Part shown: positions 45,787-56,091 of the stretch, one piece after another
Numbering within the stretch: the first letter of the stretch is position 1
Layout: each line of letters begins with the position of its first letter
Assembly (NCBI GenBank): GCA_019454415.1
Contig: JACFOI010000003.1
Span: 14,361 to 78,360 of the forward strand
Direction of reading: 5' to 3'
Source: Patescibacteria group bacterium
GTDB lineage: Bacteria > Patescibacteriota > Microgenomatia > UBA1400 > PJMF01
DNA length: 64,000 nucleotides
Notes under the pieces: generated by a model
Database searches by the model: none
Told to the model about the DNA's origin: nothing
The model's input: only the letters and a program-made list of their open reading frames with translations
Made by a program: the position numbers and the translations under genes

Positions 45787-47347
45787 CATTCACTGCTCCA
45801 AGCTTCTCAGTCTGCCAGTACTGGGCAACCTACTTTATCGGATGCAGCTTCTGATGGTGAAAGCAGGTCTCTCCACACAGTATTGGATCTCCCGAAAGGA
45901 TGTTCCCCTGCGCGGACAGCTTCTGACCGAGATCGAAAAACGGGCAGTGATCATGTTTTGTTCGGCGTGGCAGCTCGGTCGCCAATTGGAAAATTTACAT
46001 GGAAAGTATGTCTTTGATTACACAGGACCTCATCCCAAACACTTGTCTCTGACTGAGCTTTATAACCTGGAATGGGCGTTAATTCTGGCCCAAAGCGTTA
46101 CTTCCCAGAGCATCAAGAAACTGGGAAACCTTCTCCCCCAAAGCTATCCTTTTTGGAGGCCGTATATTCTTTCAGTCCATCAGCAGCTGGACGTTCAGTG
46201 TGACTTTGTCCAACAGACCCTCAATGAACTTTTAGCCCAGGGTAATACAGTCATTCTGTTTAGCCATGTTCAACAGCCTGATACAGTGAAACAAGAACTT
46301 CGTAAGCATCGTCGTCTGATCTATTTCTCGAGTGTCTGTCCGTTGCGTACCTCTCTCTTGCCATTTCGACTGCAGAAGGATGTCCAGTCAGTGTGGGAGA
46401 GTATTGTTCGTCGAACCTTGTATCAGTATGCGCCACCTCAGCATCATCCGGTCTTGTGGTGTTTTGACCCTGATGACGCGAATATCTTACACTTTTGCCC
46501 TCCCCAGACCACGATTATTTTTGATTGTGTTGACTACTACACCAGTACCGACCAAGAGTTAAATAAGAGGGTCACTCGTGATCAACGCCGCTTGATAGAC
46601 GCCGCTGACCTGATGTTTGTGAACTCCAGAACTTTAAAGAAGCTCCACTCTAAACAACGAATGGATAACTTGTTGGTTCCTCAAGGCTTTGACCAACAAA
46701 CTTTTTTTGTGAATAGCAAAGGCAGGCGTTCAAAAACGTCGATTCGTTTCTTCCAGAAACTTAATCGCACCAAAACAAAGTATCGAGCAGTTGTGTCCTT
46801 CGCCGGGGCACTTTCCTATCGAGTCGACTATCCGATGCTCATAGATCTGATCAAACACTGTCCCAAGTATTTGTTTTGTTTACCGGAGACTGAACTTTCT
46901 TGGCCGACTGAAGATCAAGCTGTAGCTTGGCAGCAGCAGCTTCAGCACCTTAGGAAGCTACCGAATGTACTCTGGTTTCCCCGGCTGCAACGCAGTGAAG
47001 TGCGGGCACTTTTGGAAAAAACTACGGTCGGGTTGATCCCTTATGACACTTCCTTTGAGTTAAATCGTTACTGTTTCCCGATGAAGTTCTTCGAGTATCT
47101 GAGCATGGGCTTGCCTGTCCTTTCTACACCTATTCACGAGTTAAAGTACTATCCTCAGTTTGTCTCACTTGGAAAGAATAGTCTCGAACTACGCAAAAAG
47201 TTACACGTTTTAGTAAGAAAGCGAGTGACAAGTCAAACAAAAGAGGCCATGAAACAGTTGTGTTTAGAACACACATGGCAGAAAAAGATTGACGCAATTC
47301 TCTCTGCTATTGATCTCTATCAACGGCGGTACCACCGATTTGTGTAG
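45767..47347 (+). CDS. GT-B glycosyltransferase (GT4-like C-terminal domain), paralog of 49616-50872
   Basis: YCFPMKFFEYLSMGLPVLSTPIHELKY aligns with CCFPMKIMEYFFAQRPVVSTPIPSLLDY in the paralog. Confidence 0.55.
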   Translation: MQRFRYNIHCSKLLSLPVLGNLLYRMQLLMVKAGLSTQYWISRKDVPLRGQLLTEIEKRAVIMFCSAWQLGRQLENLHGKYVFDYTGPHPKHLSLTELYNLEWALILAQSVTSQSIKKLGNLLPQSYPFWRPYILSVHQQLDVQCDFVQQTLNELLAQGNTVILFSHVQQPDTVKQELRKHRRLIYFSSVCPLRTSLLPFRLQKDVQSVWESIVRRTLYQYAPPQHHPVLWCFDPDDANILHFCPPQTTIIFDCVDYYTSTDQELNKRVTRDQRRLIDAADLMFVNSRTLKKLHSKQRMDNLLVPQGFDQQTFFVNSKGRRSKTSIRFFQKLNRTKTKYRAVVSFAGALSYRVDYPMLIDLIKHCPKYLFCLPETELSWPTEDQAVAWQQQLQHLRKLPNVLWFPRLQRSEVRALLEKTTVGLIPYDTSFELNRYCFPMKFFEYLSMGLPVLSTPIHELKYYPQFVSLGKNSLELRKKLHVLVRKRVTSQTKEAMKQLCLEHTWQKKIDAILSAIDLYQRRYHRFV

Positions 47348-49616
47348 CATATTGAGAGAGTTCCATAGCCGACTGTGGGTCTCTTTCTTGATAAAGCTGG
47401 GCTTGTCGGGAGAGCTGTTCCGCGAGTGGACCCTTCAGCTTGTAATTGAATGCATACTCCGGACCCATCTTTTCTTCCCATGCCAGGATAACCTTGCTAT
47501 ATGCAATCAAAACCTGGGCTTCTTGTTTTGTAGTTGAGGAGCTTTCCTGCCAGGAGGTAAGAATAAGCTCAGCGACTTCCCAGTCATACTCACCCATTCT
47601 TAGGATGTTATTCATCAACTGCTCAGCAATTTCCGGTTGTCCTTGAGCAAGTGCTTGCTGTAGTTGGAGAGATTCACCTGCATACAACGGCCGGGCATAT
47701 CGAAACACAAAATCAGTATCGAGTATGTTAAGCAGGGGGAGAGTTTCAGAAATGGGAAGTTGCGCTATCTGCTCTAGGACAGGTAAAGAAGGATATAGAA
47801 ACTGCTCGGGCTGGAGCGTATAGCTTAGCTCATAGAAATGTAGCGCTTGAATGGGGTTCTTATCCAGTAGTTGATTGGCCTTCTCTATTCCCAAAGCTGC
47901 AATGACACCATTTTCCGGATAAGAGTAGTTATCCAATAAGTTCCGGTTACTTCTTTCGATCCATGTTGTGAGCGCTTGCTCGGCCAGGTCGTTATCCTCC
48001 CCTTTCAGAGCAGCATCCACGTACTGGAAGTATCGGAGCTGATTATGGGGATCAAGCGGAATAGCAGTTTGTAGGTACTTTGCCTTTTGCGTGGAAGGAA
48101 TATTAGCTGCTTGCGCCGCGGAGTCCCAAATCCGCGGATGGTGTCCATATAAAGTGAATAGGAAGTTTTGTGTTGAAGTAGAGATAAGCTCCGGCTGGGA
48201 TAAACTGTTCTCTACCCGCCAGTATGCAAAAGGGAAAAGGGAGAGTGCTGTATCGTACTGTTTCTTTTGCCAGAAAAACACTGACGTCAGATAAAGTCCG
48301 GCCCAAAGCAGAGTACCTACTGCCAGCGTCGCAAAGTAAACCTTCACTCCCATGCCGGAAGCAGGAAGGAAGAATTGTGTGTGCTTGCGAGTAATCCAGG
48401 TACGAAACCGACGGACAAAAGCTCCCAAACTGCTTTCTTGCTTGACCTCACTGATCCAGCAAGCGGTGACAATCAAGAAAAGTAACCAAAGGCCTATCAA
48501 ATGCAGACTAAAGTTGAAAAAAGACTCCAGAATTACTGCCAATACAGCAAGGGCAAAACAGAACGACAGCCTCTGGTGTGGGAATCGCAGTTGATAGAGT
48601 CCCTTCCGAATGATCCAGAAGAAAAAAACCAAGAAGAGCAGCCCTCCCAACAGTCCGTACTCAGTGAATGCTTGGAGGAGCTCATTGTGAGCGTAACCAG
48701 AATACAGTCCCTCTCTGCTTTGGAGTCGAAGAGAAACTAAAGAGAACGTTCCGCCACCCCATCCAGTCAGCGGACGCTGGATCAAAGCTTGGAGAGCCTG
48801 TCTCCAGTACTCAGGTCTCAGTTCCTGATGAAGAGGTTTACAAAGCTGCGCTTGAAAAACCGGGTACGGACAGTCACCACTAGTCGTCATCACTAACGAC
48901 CAAGCAAGAGAGACAGCAAGTAATACTCCGAAAGAAAGAAAAAGTAACCCTGCCCCTAACTTCTTCAACTTTTTATCGGCAGTGGTAAACCACAGCACTC
49001 CTACCTCGGTAACTCCCAAGACAATACCCAAGCGGGCAAAGGTCAGTAACAAGCTGCCAAATACAAAGACTATTCCCAGCCGAGCAAGCCAGCTTTTCTT
49101 CTCTTCTGCTGTCCACCAGAGCAAAGGTAAGGCTAGTAAGAATAACACTGCTGCCTGGTTGTGGCCGTACATCGCTGTCAATAGCGTGGTACTGGGAAGA
49201 TATGATGAAAGCTGAGGAACTGCTGTATAGAGGAAAGTCAGCGCACCGAGGCACACAGCCAAGGTACTAACACCTAGGGCCATGGCTGACGTAGTCAACC
49301 ACCTTGGGTTTCTGAGAAGCGTAAAGACGAACACCAGATAAGAGAGCGCATAGAAGATAGCAGCGTTGACTGTTAAAGGGATGCTTATTGTGGTCAAGAG
49401 TGACAGGAATGTGATCCCGACCAAAGCTCCGAACAGGTAGATCGGTAAAATAAACTGTGAGACTCTTTCAAACTTAACTTCCCGAATAAAAAATAGCTCT
49501 AACAGCGCCAATAATCCAAAAAGTGGAATGCCAAGTGTTGTTTCCCCAAAAATTAAGAGCAAGAACAGCAAACAAAAAAAAATCAAAAAGTAGATGGCTT
49601 GCGAGCCTGAATACAT
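47307..49616 (-). CDS. Wzy_C (O-antigen ligase/PglL-like) membrane protein fused to C-terminal TPR-like domain (paralog of 31604-33832)
   Basis: Signature YAHNELLQAFTEYGLLGG. C-terminal roughly 330 aa helical repeats. Confidence 0.75.
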   Translation of the reverse strand: MYSGSQAIYFLIFFCLLFLLLIFGETTLGIPLFGLLALLELFFIREVKFERVSQFILPIYLFGALVGITFLSLLTTISIPLTVNAAIFYALSYLVFVFTLLRNPRWLTTSAMALGVSTLAVCLGALTFLYTAVPQLSSYLPSTTLLTAMYGHNQAAVLFLLALPLLWWTAEEKKSWLARLGIVFVFGSLLLTFARLGIVLGVTEVGVLWFTTADKKLKKLGAGLLFLSFGVLLAVSLAWSLVMTTSGDCPYPVFQAQLCKPLHQELRPEYWRQALQALIQRPLTGWGGGTFSLVSLRLQSREGLYSGYAHNELLQAFTEYGLLGGLLFLVFFFWIIRKGLYQLRFPHQRLSFCFALAVLAVILESFFNFSLHLIGLWLLFLIVTACWISEVKQESSLGAFVRRFRTWITRKHTQFFLPASGMGVKVYFATLAVGTLLWAGLYLTSVFFWQKKQYDTALSLFPFAYWRVENSLSQPELISTSTQNFLFTLYGHHPRIWDSAAQAANIPSTQKAKYLQTAIPLDPHNQLRYFQYVDAALKGEDNDLAEQALTTWIERSNRNLLDNYSYPENGVIAALGIEKANQLLDKNPIQALHFYELSYTLQPEQFLYPSLPVLEQIAQLPISETLPLLNILDTDFVFRYARPLYAGESLQLQQALAQGQPEIAEQLMNNILRMGEYDWEVAELILTSWQESSSTTKQEAQVLIAYSKVILAWEEKMGPEYAFNYKLKGPLAEQLSRQAQLYQERDPQSAMELSQYATQIGGTAVDRDQ

Positions 49617-50872
49617 CAGGTAGATGGTATCATCTCGCTGAGATACTCATCAACGGAATCCAGCTTGCGCTTCCATGTTTGATTGAGGGCTATGTTCCGA
49701 AGCTTTTGTTGTTGATCTTTCGACCATTTTACTTGGAGGGCCTTTTGAATAGCCCTGGAAAACTGTCGAGATGTATTACCAAAGAAAACAAACTCTTTAT
49801 AGTCTAGTAAGGAAGGGATGGGCGTTGAGACTACTGGTCTTTGTGCAAAAAAGTACTCCATGATCTTCATCGGGAAGCAGCACACATTAAACTCCCACTG
49901 TAAGTCATAAGGAACGATCAAGACATCGCATTCTTTCATCATCGGAAGCAGCTGATTTCTTTTCAGTAATTGAATCCAAGTCACATTTGTTTTTCTCAGT
50001 AGGTGATCAAGTTTTTTTTCGCTGGCCTCACTCTGGCCTACCGATTGATCTTTTCCTCTAGGCCCCACAAATAAAAAATTCCACTCAGGATGCTGCTGCG
50101 TGACTCGCAGTAACATCTCTACATCCAAACGTTGGTTCACACCGCCGAAAAAGCCGATCAACGGACGTGTTTCTTTTCGTAGTTTTTGCAACTTCCTCCG
50201 AACTGCCAAAGGAGGCTGGGTGGGGGTTTTGAATCCCTGGAGATCAAAGCCCTGAGGGACTTGCCGCGGAGCGATCTGTGCAAGTGGCTCTATCCGCGAC
50301 AAAACGGGCCGCGTCAGAACTGTAATGCTACGGGCAGCTTGGATTAACAGCCGCCGCTGCTGGTCAAGCTTCTGCCTTGATTGAACATCCATTGTCGTAT
50401 GCCAATCCACACAGTCAAAGTGGAGATGCCAGCTTTTAAAGAAAGGCAATACGTCAATATCCTGGGGATGAAAAATCCATAGTATCCGCTGAGCGTCTGG
50501 TTGTTGCCTCCCGATAAGTAAGGAAAAGAGCAAAAGATTAAGCTGAAGATTAAGATATTTAGAAAATGAGAACCTTTGGAAAGGCAAAAACTGGAATACA
50601 CCTAAATAGATTGGCTGTCTGAGAGCCTTTAGTTGATCTGCAGTTCGGAGCGGAAGGAAACTTCGCGCTTGTGTAACTCCATTTAACCAATGCTTCCATC
50701 CGGTTTTTCCTCGCCAGCTTTCCCCAAGAGCCAGTATAATGACCACATTTTGAGCAGCTAGCTCGCCTGCTGTTCGAAAAACAAAGTCGCAAATGCCTTC
50801 CGGGCGATCATACGTCGGAATACAAACTAACTTATGGCTCAAAAATCGTCGGTGTTGCAAGCTACTTTTCAT
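49616..50872 (-). CDS. GT-B glycosyltransferase paralog
   Basis: See 45767-47347. Shares 1 nt with the upstream gene. Confidence 0.55.
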   Translation of the reverse strand: MKSSLQHRRFLSHKLVCIPTYDRPEGICDFVFRTAGELAAQNVVIILALGESWRGKTGWKHWLNGVTQARSFLPLRTADQLKALRQPIYLGVFQFLPFQRFSFSKYLNLQLNLLLFSLLIGRQQPDAQRILWIFHPQDIDVLPFFKSWHLHFDCVDWHTTMDVQSRQKLDQQRRLLIQAARSITVLTRPVLSRIEPLAQIAPRQVPQGFDLQGFKTPTQPPLAVRRKLQKLRKETRPLIGFFGGVNQRLDVEMLLRVTQQHPEWNFLFVGPRGKDQSVGQSEASEKKLDHLLRKTNVTWIQLLKRNQLLPMMKECDVLIVPYDLQWEFNVCCFPMKIMEYFFAQRPVVSTPIPSLLDYKEFVFFGNTSRQFSRAIQKALQVKWSKDQQQKLRNIALNQTWKRKLDSVDEYLSEMIPST

Positions 50873-52387
50873 TCCCTTCTCACTCGATGGCAGCTCAACA
50901 AACTATATCACCTCATCACTGATAATTCGTACCAGTCGGTACCGTGGGTGACGCTGCTTTTTTGCGTACTGAGCGCCGTCTTACCCAGTAACAAGCTGTT
51001 CTTTGTTGTGGCAACACTCTATTTTTTGGCGTTGGTTTACATTACCCGTTCAATCTATAAAGCACTCTTTTTTGCCTTCATTCCGTTTGGGATGCTGAAC
51101 ATTGGGCAGATCTACATCACGACTGTTATTCCGTTTAATCAGTTGAAAGGGACCACCTACTATGAAGGGCGACAGCTTTATTTTCGGTTCTCTCCCTTTT
51201 TCGTGTTGGGCATAACCTCAGCCGTCCTGCTGATGTTAGAAATCATTCGGCGAAAGGGTCAACATATCTTTACGATTCCTCACTTGTTTGTGCTAGGCAG
51301 TGTTCTGTTTAGCCTTGTATCTGTTTTTCATACTGAGCAACAGCCACTCTTCTCACTAGCGACTGTACTCGGGACAGTTGGCTCGATTTGTTGGATCCTA
51401 CTTGCCCAGCTTCTGCTGAAAGATTCTCGTTTTCTGGAACAAACAAAGATTCTGAAGACATTTTTACTCGTTCTGATCCTGATGACGTCGCTCCAAACCG
51501 GCGTCGCACTCGCTCAATACGTTAAACGGTCGACCCTCAATCTACGTATCGAACAGTCAACTATCATTCCCACCTTCGGCCAAGGTGCTGACGAAGATGC
51601 GACACAGTTCCGACCTATTGGTCTCCAAACACATGCCAATGATCTGGCAAATGACTTACTTATTTTCCTCTTCACAGGTATTTTGCTCCTTGAGTGGCTG
51701 CGTTCCCGGAAACAACATTTCCCCTGGTGGTTTGAACTTTTTTTCATCACTGAGGCAGTGGTCGTGATTGTGCTTACTCAGAGCCGGACTGCTTACCTAG
51801 CTCTTTTGGCGAGTAGTCTGTTTTTCTTTTTTGCTCAGCGACAAAGAAGCCTTGATTTGATCAAGGAGTTGGAGAAACATCTGAGACCGTTTGTTTTTGT
51901 CCTAGTTATTGCCGCGCTACTTTTCGTTCCTCTTGTCTCACGAAGACTTCTTTACTCGCTCAATAGCTTTGGGACCGGTGGCGGCTTTACTACCAGACAA
52001 CAGCTGGAAAAAGAAGCCATCCTCCTTGTCCAAAAAAATATACTGTGGGGCGTAGGACCTGGAATGTTCATCCCTGCTGCCTTCAAAGAAAATCCTCAGG
52101 GCATCATGCGGTACTTTCCGGAAGCTGTGCATAACGGGTACCTGCTCTTTATTTCTGAGCACGGACTCCTGTCATCAATCTGCATACTTCTCTTCTTTTA
52201 CTTTCTACTCAAAGAGTATGAGAAGTACCCTAATACGATGTTGCGAACTGTGATGCACACCGGCTTGATCAGCATCTTAGTGATGATGTTGCTTCATCCT
52301 TTTCAGAACTTTATTACGCTGTTTGTCTTGATTTCCTGGTTGTTGGTGTATATTCAGCAAGGAGCAAAGTATGAACCTAAAAAGTAA
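50834..52387 (+). CDS. Wzy_C-like (O-antigen ligase family) polytopic membrane protein
   Basis: Signature FPEAVHNGYLLFISEHGLLS. About 12 TMs. Confidence 0.65.
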   Translation: MAQKSSVLQATFHSLLTRWQLNKLYHLITDNSYQSVPWVTLLFCVLSAVLPSNKLFFVVATLYFLALVYITRSIYKALFFAFIPFGMLNIGQIYITTVIPFNQLKGTTYYEGRQLYFRFSPFFVLGITSAVLLMLEIIRRKGQHIFTIPHLFVLGSVLFSLVSVFHTEQQPLFSLATVLGTVGSICWILLAQLLLKDSRFLEQTKILKTFLLVLILMTSLQTGVALAQYVKRSTLNLRIEQSTIIPTFGQGADEDATQFRPIGLQTHANDLANDLLIFLFTGILLLEWLRSRKQHFPWWFELFFITEAVVVIVLTQSRTAYLALLASSLFFFFAQRQRSLDLIKELEKHLRPFVFVLVIAALLFVPLVSRRLLYSLNSFGTGGGFTTRQQLEKEAILLVQKNILWGVGPGMFIPAAFKENPQGIMRYFPEAVHNGYLLFISEHGLLSSICILLFFYFLLKEYEKYPNTMLRTVMHTGLISILVMMLLHPFQNFITLFVLISWLLVYIQQGAKYEPKK

Positions 52388-53252
52388 GCCGCTGCAGACT
52401 ATTTGGAAAAGAGTGCGTTCCCTCGGTTGGATTGACCTTATCGGCGTATGTATTTTTCTGGGCATACTGAGTGTCGCTTTCTTTTTCTTTTTACGAAAAG
52501 CCGACTATGCGTACATCACTCTTCGTGTCTCCCAATCCGATAACATGAATCCCTACAGTGATCAGGCACCTGTTTGGTTTATTGAAAAGATTCAGCCCGG
52601 CTTAAAAGAGACTGACGGCCTGGGCAGGGACAACGTCGTGATTGAAAAAGTTCATCGTTTCAAATCTTCTGACTTGAATCAGGATTTTTACGTCGACCTC
52701 AAAGTCAGATCTGTCTACAACTCCAGAACTAAACAGTTTACCTACAATGGATCCACCTTGCTGATCGGCAGCTACCAGTCTTTTAAACTTCAGGGAATTC
52801 AGCTTTCCGGAGTGATCGTCGATGTTCGCGAGCAAGATACACCGCGTGAAGAAAAAACCTTCCTGGTGGAAGGGTACGTGAATCCGGCCTACAACGACGA
52901 ACAGTATAGTGTGGCCAACACAGTGGTGGACGGTATCAAGAACTATCTGGCCGACACATTGTTTACCGGTCTCAAGACAGTCGACGTAGATGGTCAGGCC
53001 ACCGCCGAGATTATTAGTATTCAAAAGCGTCCAGCTAGACGTCAGTTTGTTTCCGGATCGTCCTTTGTGAGCGTTCCCGATCCTGAGAGACAACGAGTTG
53101 AGATGACTTTAAGAATCAAGGGGGTCAAAATTAATGATGCCTATTACTACAAGAACGAAGCACCCATTGTCGTAAACTCAACGATCTATTTGACGTTCCC
53201 TCAAAGTAATATCAACTTTACCCTTACTCATTTTGAGGAAGAAAAAAAGTAG
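52371..53252 (+). CDS. N-terminally anchored uncharacterized protein (paralog of 42699-43511)
   Basis: Same architecture and alignable blocks (YITLRV/YITIRF, SRTKQFTY/TRTKLYSA). Confidence 0.45.
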   Translation: MNLKSKPLQTIWKRVRSLGWIDLIGVCIFLGILSVAFFFFLRKADYAYITLRVSQSDNMNPYSDQAPVWFIEKIQPGLKETDGLGRDNVVIEKVHRFKSSDLNQDFYVDLKVRSVYNSRTKQFTYNGSTLLIGSYQSFKLQGIQLSGVIVDVREQDTPREEKTFLVEGYVNPAYNDEQYSVANTVVDGIKNYLADTLFTGLKTVDVDGQATAEIISIQKRPARRQFVSGSSFVSVPDPERQRVEMTLRIKGVKINDAYYYKNEAPIVVNSTIYLTFPQSNINFTLTHFEEEKK

Positions 53253-53267
53253 AAAAATATTTCTTTC

Positions 53268-54881
53268 TCACTGTGATGAAGAAGGTTCTGTGCTTACGTC
53301 GTTGCTGCATAACCAGCTAGAACTGGCATCATTCTCTGTTTCTTTGCGACAGCAGTGTTCAATGTTTCTCTCTCCATTCTGGTAGTAGCTGGAGACCGTG
53401 TAAGCTGTTTGATTCTTTAGAAAAATTATCTTCTTCTGCTGGAGGCTGGAACATGAGATCAAAGGGCGCGCAACCAGTTCAGACTCAAACTGAGCTGACT
53501 CATTCGAGCGACTCATGATAGCAGGCAGCTCGTCCAGATTATTGGTATTCAGGAGTGTCAGCCAGGACCACGACGGTAAAAGAATGATATTGCTGCTCTC
53601 CAACGTTTCCCCAACCTCCACTTGCTCCTTTTTCAAAAACTCAATTTTTTGAGCCTCTTTTCTTTGAAGGTTGATTGTAGTCTTCCAAATTTCGACATAC
53701 GAGCGGACCCAGAAAACAGACGTCAACCCGAGGAGTAATCCTACAGAAACTTTGAACACAGGTAAAGCTCGTTCTCGTATCTTTCTGTTGATTACCTCAG
53801 CACTGGTGCAAAAAAACATCACCAAAATCGGGGTAAATAAGCGAGGCAGAAATAGAGAAAGCCTTGGAAGGAACTGATAAAAGAAGAAACGCTGTGAGAG
53901 AAAAGGCATCACAAGTGAGATCGATACAATTAGCAGGCAGGGCAACACTACCAGCGCTCCCAAGTCAAAAGAACTTGTCCAGAATAGTGGCTTCTTCTTC
54001 TTTTGGAAAATCAAAACCAGACTGGCTGCTATTGCCAAATAGAACAGCACTGTTGCCAGTGACAGGGACACCGGCCCTAAAAAGTAGTTCGTTTCAAAAC
54101 CAAGTAAAGTGAAGAATAGACTTGGAATGTTGAAGAAGCCGGGAATCGGAATCCAGGATGCTTCTTCAAACTGGCGTTTCACTGAAAAACCAGCCAAGAG
54201 AAAAAACTCCCCCAGACTCAGGATACTGAGTGCTATTGCCGGCCAGTGTCTAAAAGTTTTCTCTTTTAGGTCATCTGCTACTAGCCAAGCGACCACCCCC
54301 AACGTCAAAAAGAAAAATGCATAGGAGATCGCGTTCCCCAGCAAGAGGAGCGCGATCACCATCAGCAGATATTTTTTTGATCGATCTTGCTGAAAGCTTT
54401 TGAGTGCAATGTAGGTCAACGATGCTATTAAACACACTAGACCATACATACGGAGATGAATGCCCGTGAATACAAAAAATGGATCAAGGAACAGCGTGAC
54501 TGCTAAAAAGAGAACGGCAGACGTGGCCCACTGTTGCTTTCTCACCCACCACAGCACACACACACCGCCCAGAAGTTGTGGTAACACGCTCAATAGCAAT
54601 CGGAGAACAAACAGATTGCTGGTGAAAACCAGCAGACCCTTTAAGAAAATATACGAGAGTCCGGGATGAACATCTCTATTCTGAATCAGAAGCTCGAATG
54701 GAGTTCTGCTCCAGGAGAAAAGAAGCGAGAACTGTTCGTCCAACCACAAGGGATAGTGGGCGGTCAAAGTTATTCTGATGAAGAAGCCCAAGCCTATGAT
54801 CAGACACAGAAAAAAAGTGACGAGTTTATGTGACATATGTTGAGAAAAGCGAAACCAACTGGTGTGTAACTTGATCGTCAC
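53268..54881 (-). CDS. GT-C fold membrane glycosyltransferase (PMT_2/ArnT-like), second copy
   Basis: AHYPLWLDEQFSLLFSW DE motif in the first loop. More than 10 TMs. Confidence 0.55.
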   Translation of the reverse strand: MTIKLHTSWFRFSQHMSHKLVTFFLCLIIGLGFFIRITLTAHYPLWLDEQFSLLFSWSRTPFELLIQNRDVHPGLSYIFLKGLLVFTSNLFVLRLLLSVLPQLLGGVCVLWWVRKQQWATSAVLFLAVTLFLDPFFVFTGIHLRMYGLVCLIASLTYIALKSFQQDRSKKYLLMVIALLLLGNAISYAFFFLTLGVVAWLVADDLKEKTFRHWPAIALSILSLGEFFLLAGFSVKRQFEEASWIPIPGFFNIPSLFFTLLGFETNYFLGPVSLSLATVLFYLAIAASLVLIFQKKKKPLFWTSSFDLGALVVLPCLLIVSISLVMPFLSQRFFFYQFLPRLSLFLPRLFTPILVMFFCTSAEVINRKIRERALPVFKVSVGLLLGLTSVFWVRSYVEIWKTTINLQRKEAQKIEFLKKEQVEVGETLESSNIILLPSWSWLTLLNTNNLDELPAIMSRSNESAQFESELVARPLISCSSLQQKKIIFLKNQTAYTVSSYYQNGERNIEHCCRKETENDASSSWLCSNDVSTEPSSSQ

Positions 54882-56061
54882 TGAACTGCTTCAGGATCTT
54901 CTGTCTTGCCAAGGCTCGTATGCGCTGACGTTGTCGGACCGAGAGTTGCAACACTTCGTTTACCTTGTCGGCAATCTGCTTGGCATCTGCACTTTCAACA
55001 AGAAAGCCGTCCTTGCCATCTGTAATAACCTCGTCTATGCCTCCCAGTCTGGTGGTAATAACGATTAAACCACATGCCATCGCCTCTTTGACAGCATTGG
55101 GATGTACATCATGTACTCCCTCTTTGTCCTGAACTGAAGGAAGAATGAAGAGCTCTGCTGAGCGTAGAGTATCCTGTAGTTTTTGGTCGTGGGAGAGAGC
55201 TCCTACTAAGGAGACACTATCAGCAAGATGAACTTTCCCTATCTGCTTTTCTAAATCCGATCTCAAGCTTCCCTCACCGACGATGGTGCAGTGAATATGC
55301 TTATGTTTTTTCTTCAGCAACTGCATGGCATCAATCAGGTGGCTAAAGCCTTTTGCCTCTTCCAGTCGGCCGACGCTCACGAGGCGGGGAGCTTCTCTGG
55401 TAGGTTGTGCATTGGTAGTTCTTGGCGGCGAGAAGAAGCGAGTATCAATTCCTGGTGAAGAGATAACCACTGTTTTTTTCTGGATTGCGGCATTGCCTTT
55501 CAGTTGCTTCAGTGCAAACTCTCTCGAATACTCCGACTGGAAAATTACTGCTGATGCAACGTGCATTTTGCTTTCAAGATACCTCCGTTTCACTAAGAGG
55601 TAGTAGGTATGAAAAATAACTATAAGAGGCAGACCTGAAAGCCTGGCCGTACAGAGCCCAAAAACAAAAGATCGGTCGTCTTCGTGGACATAGACGACCT
55701 GAGCACCTCGCTGTTGAGCTTGATAGGCAGGAATTACAGCCTTGATAAAAATCTTTAGTGATTCCTTATCAGGAAAGTACCGCAATACTTCCGCTAAAAG
55801 AGAAAAGTAGCGAACTGGCTGGTGCAGAACCCACCAGATATGGGTAAAGAATAGTTGCCACGAGAGCGGCCCAAAAACTTTCGCAGGACAATCGAAGGCT
55901 GGAAACTGTGTTTTACCCACTTTGGGATGAGCTGAGCCGTTGCCCACTTTTTCCCGCCAAATTGTTCCTTTGACCCCTTGTTGTTGGAGCTGGTAGAGCT
56001 CATTAATCACAAAGGTTTCACTGAGTACCGGATAGCTGAACAAAAAGACAGCGATATGCAT
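54826..56061 (-). CDS. GT4-family glycosyltransferase
   Basis: HPNAVKEAMACGLIVITTRLGGIDEVI and EAKGFSHLIDAM motifs. Start ATG 56059-56061 (MHIAVF) or 56082. Confidence 0.7.
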   Translation of the reverse strand: MHIAVFLFSYPVLSETFVINELYQLQQQGVKGTIWREKVGNGSAHPKVGKTQFPAFDCPAKVFGPLSWQLFFTHIWWVLHQPVRYFSLLAEVLRYFPDKESLKIFIKAVIPAYQAQQRGAQVVYVHEDDRSFVFGLCTARLSGLPLIVIFHTYYLLVKRRYLESKMHVASAVIFQSEYSREFALKQLKGNAAIQKKTVVISSPGIDTRFFSPPRTTNAQPTREAPRLVSVGRLEEAKGFSHLIDAMQLLKKKHKHIHCTIVGEGSLRSDLEKQIGKVHLADSVSLVGALSHDQKLQDTLRSAELFILPSVQDKEGVHDVHPNAVKEAMACGLIVITTRLGGIDEVITDGKDGFLVESADAKQIADKVNEVLQLSVRQRQRIRALARQKILKQFSDDQVTHQLVSLFSTYVT

Positions 56062-56091
56062 TTCCCCATCCTCATGATACATTCAGAGCCG

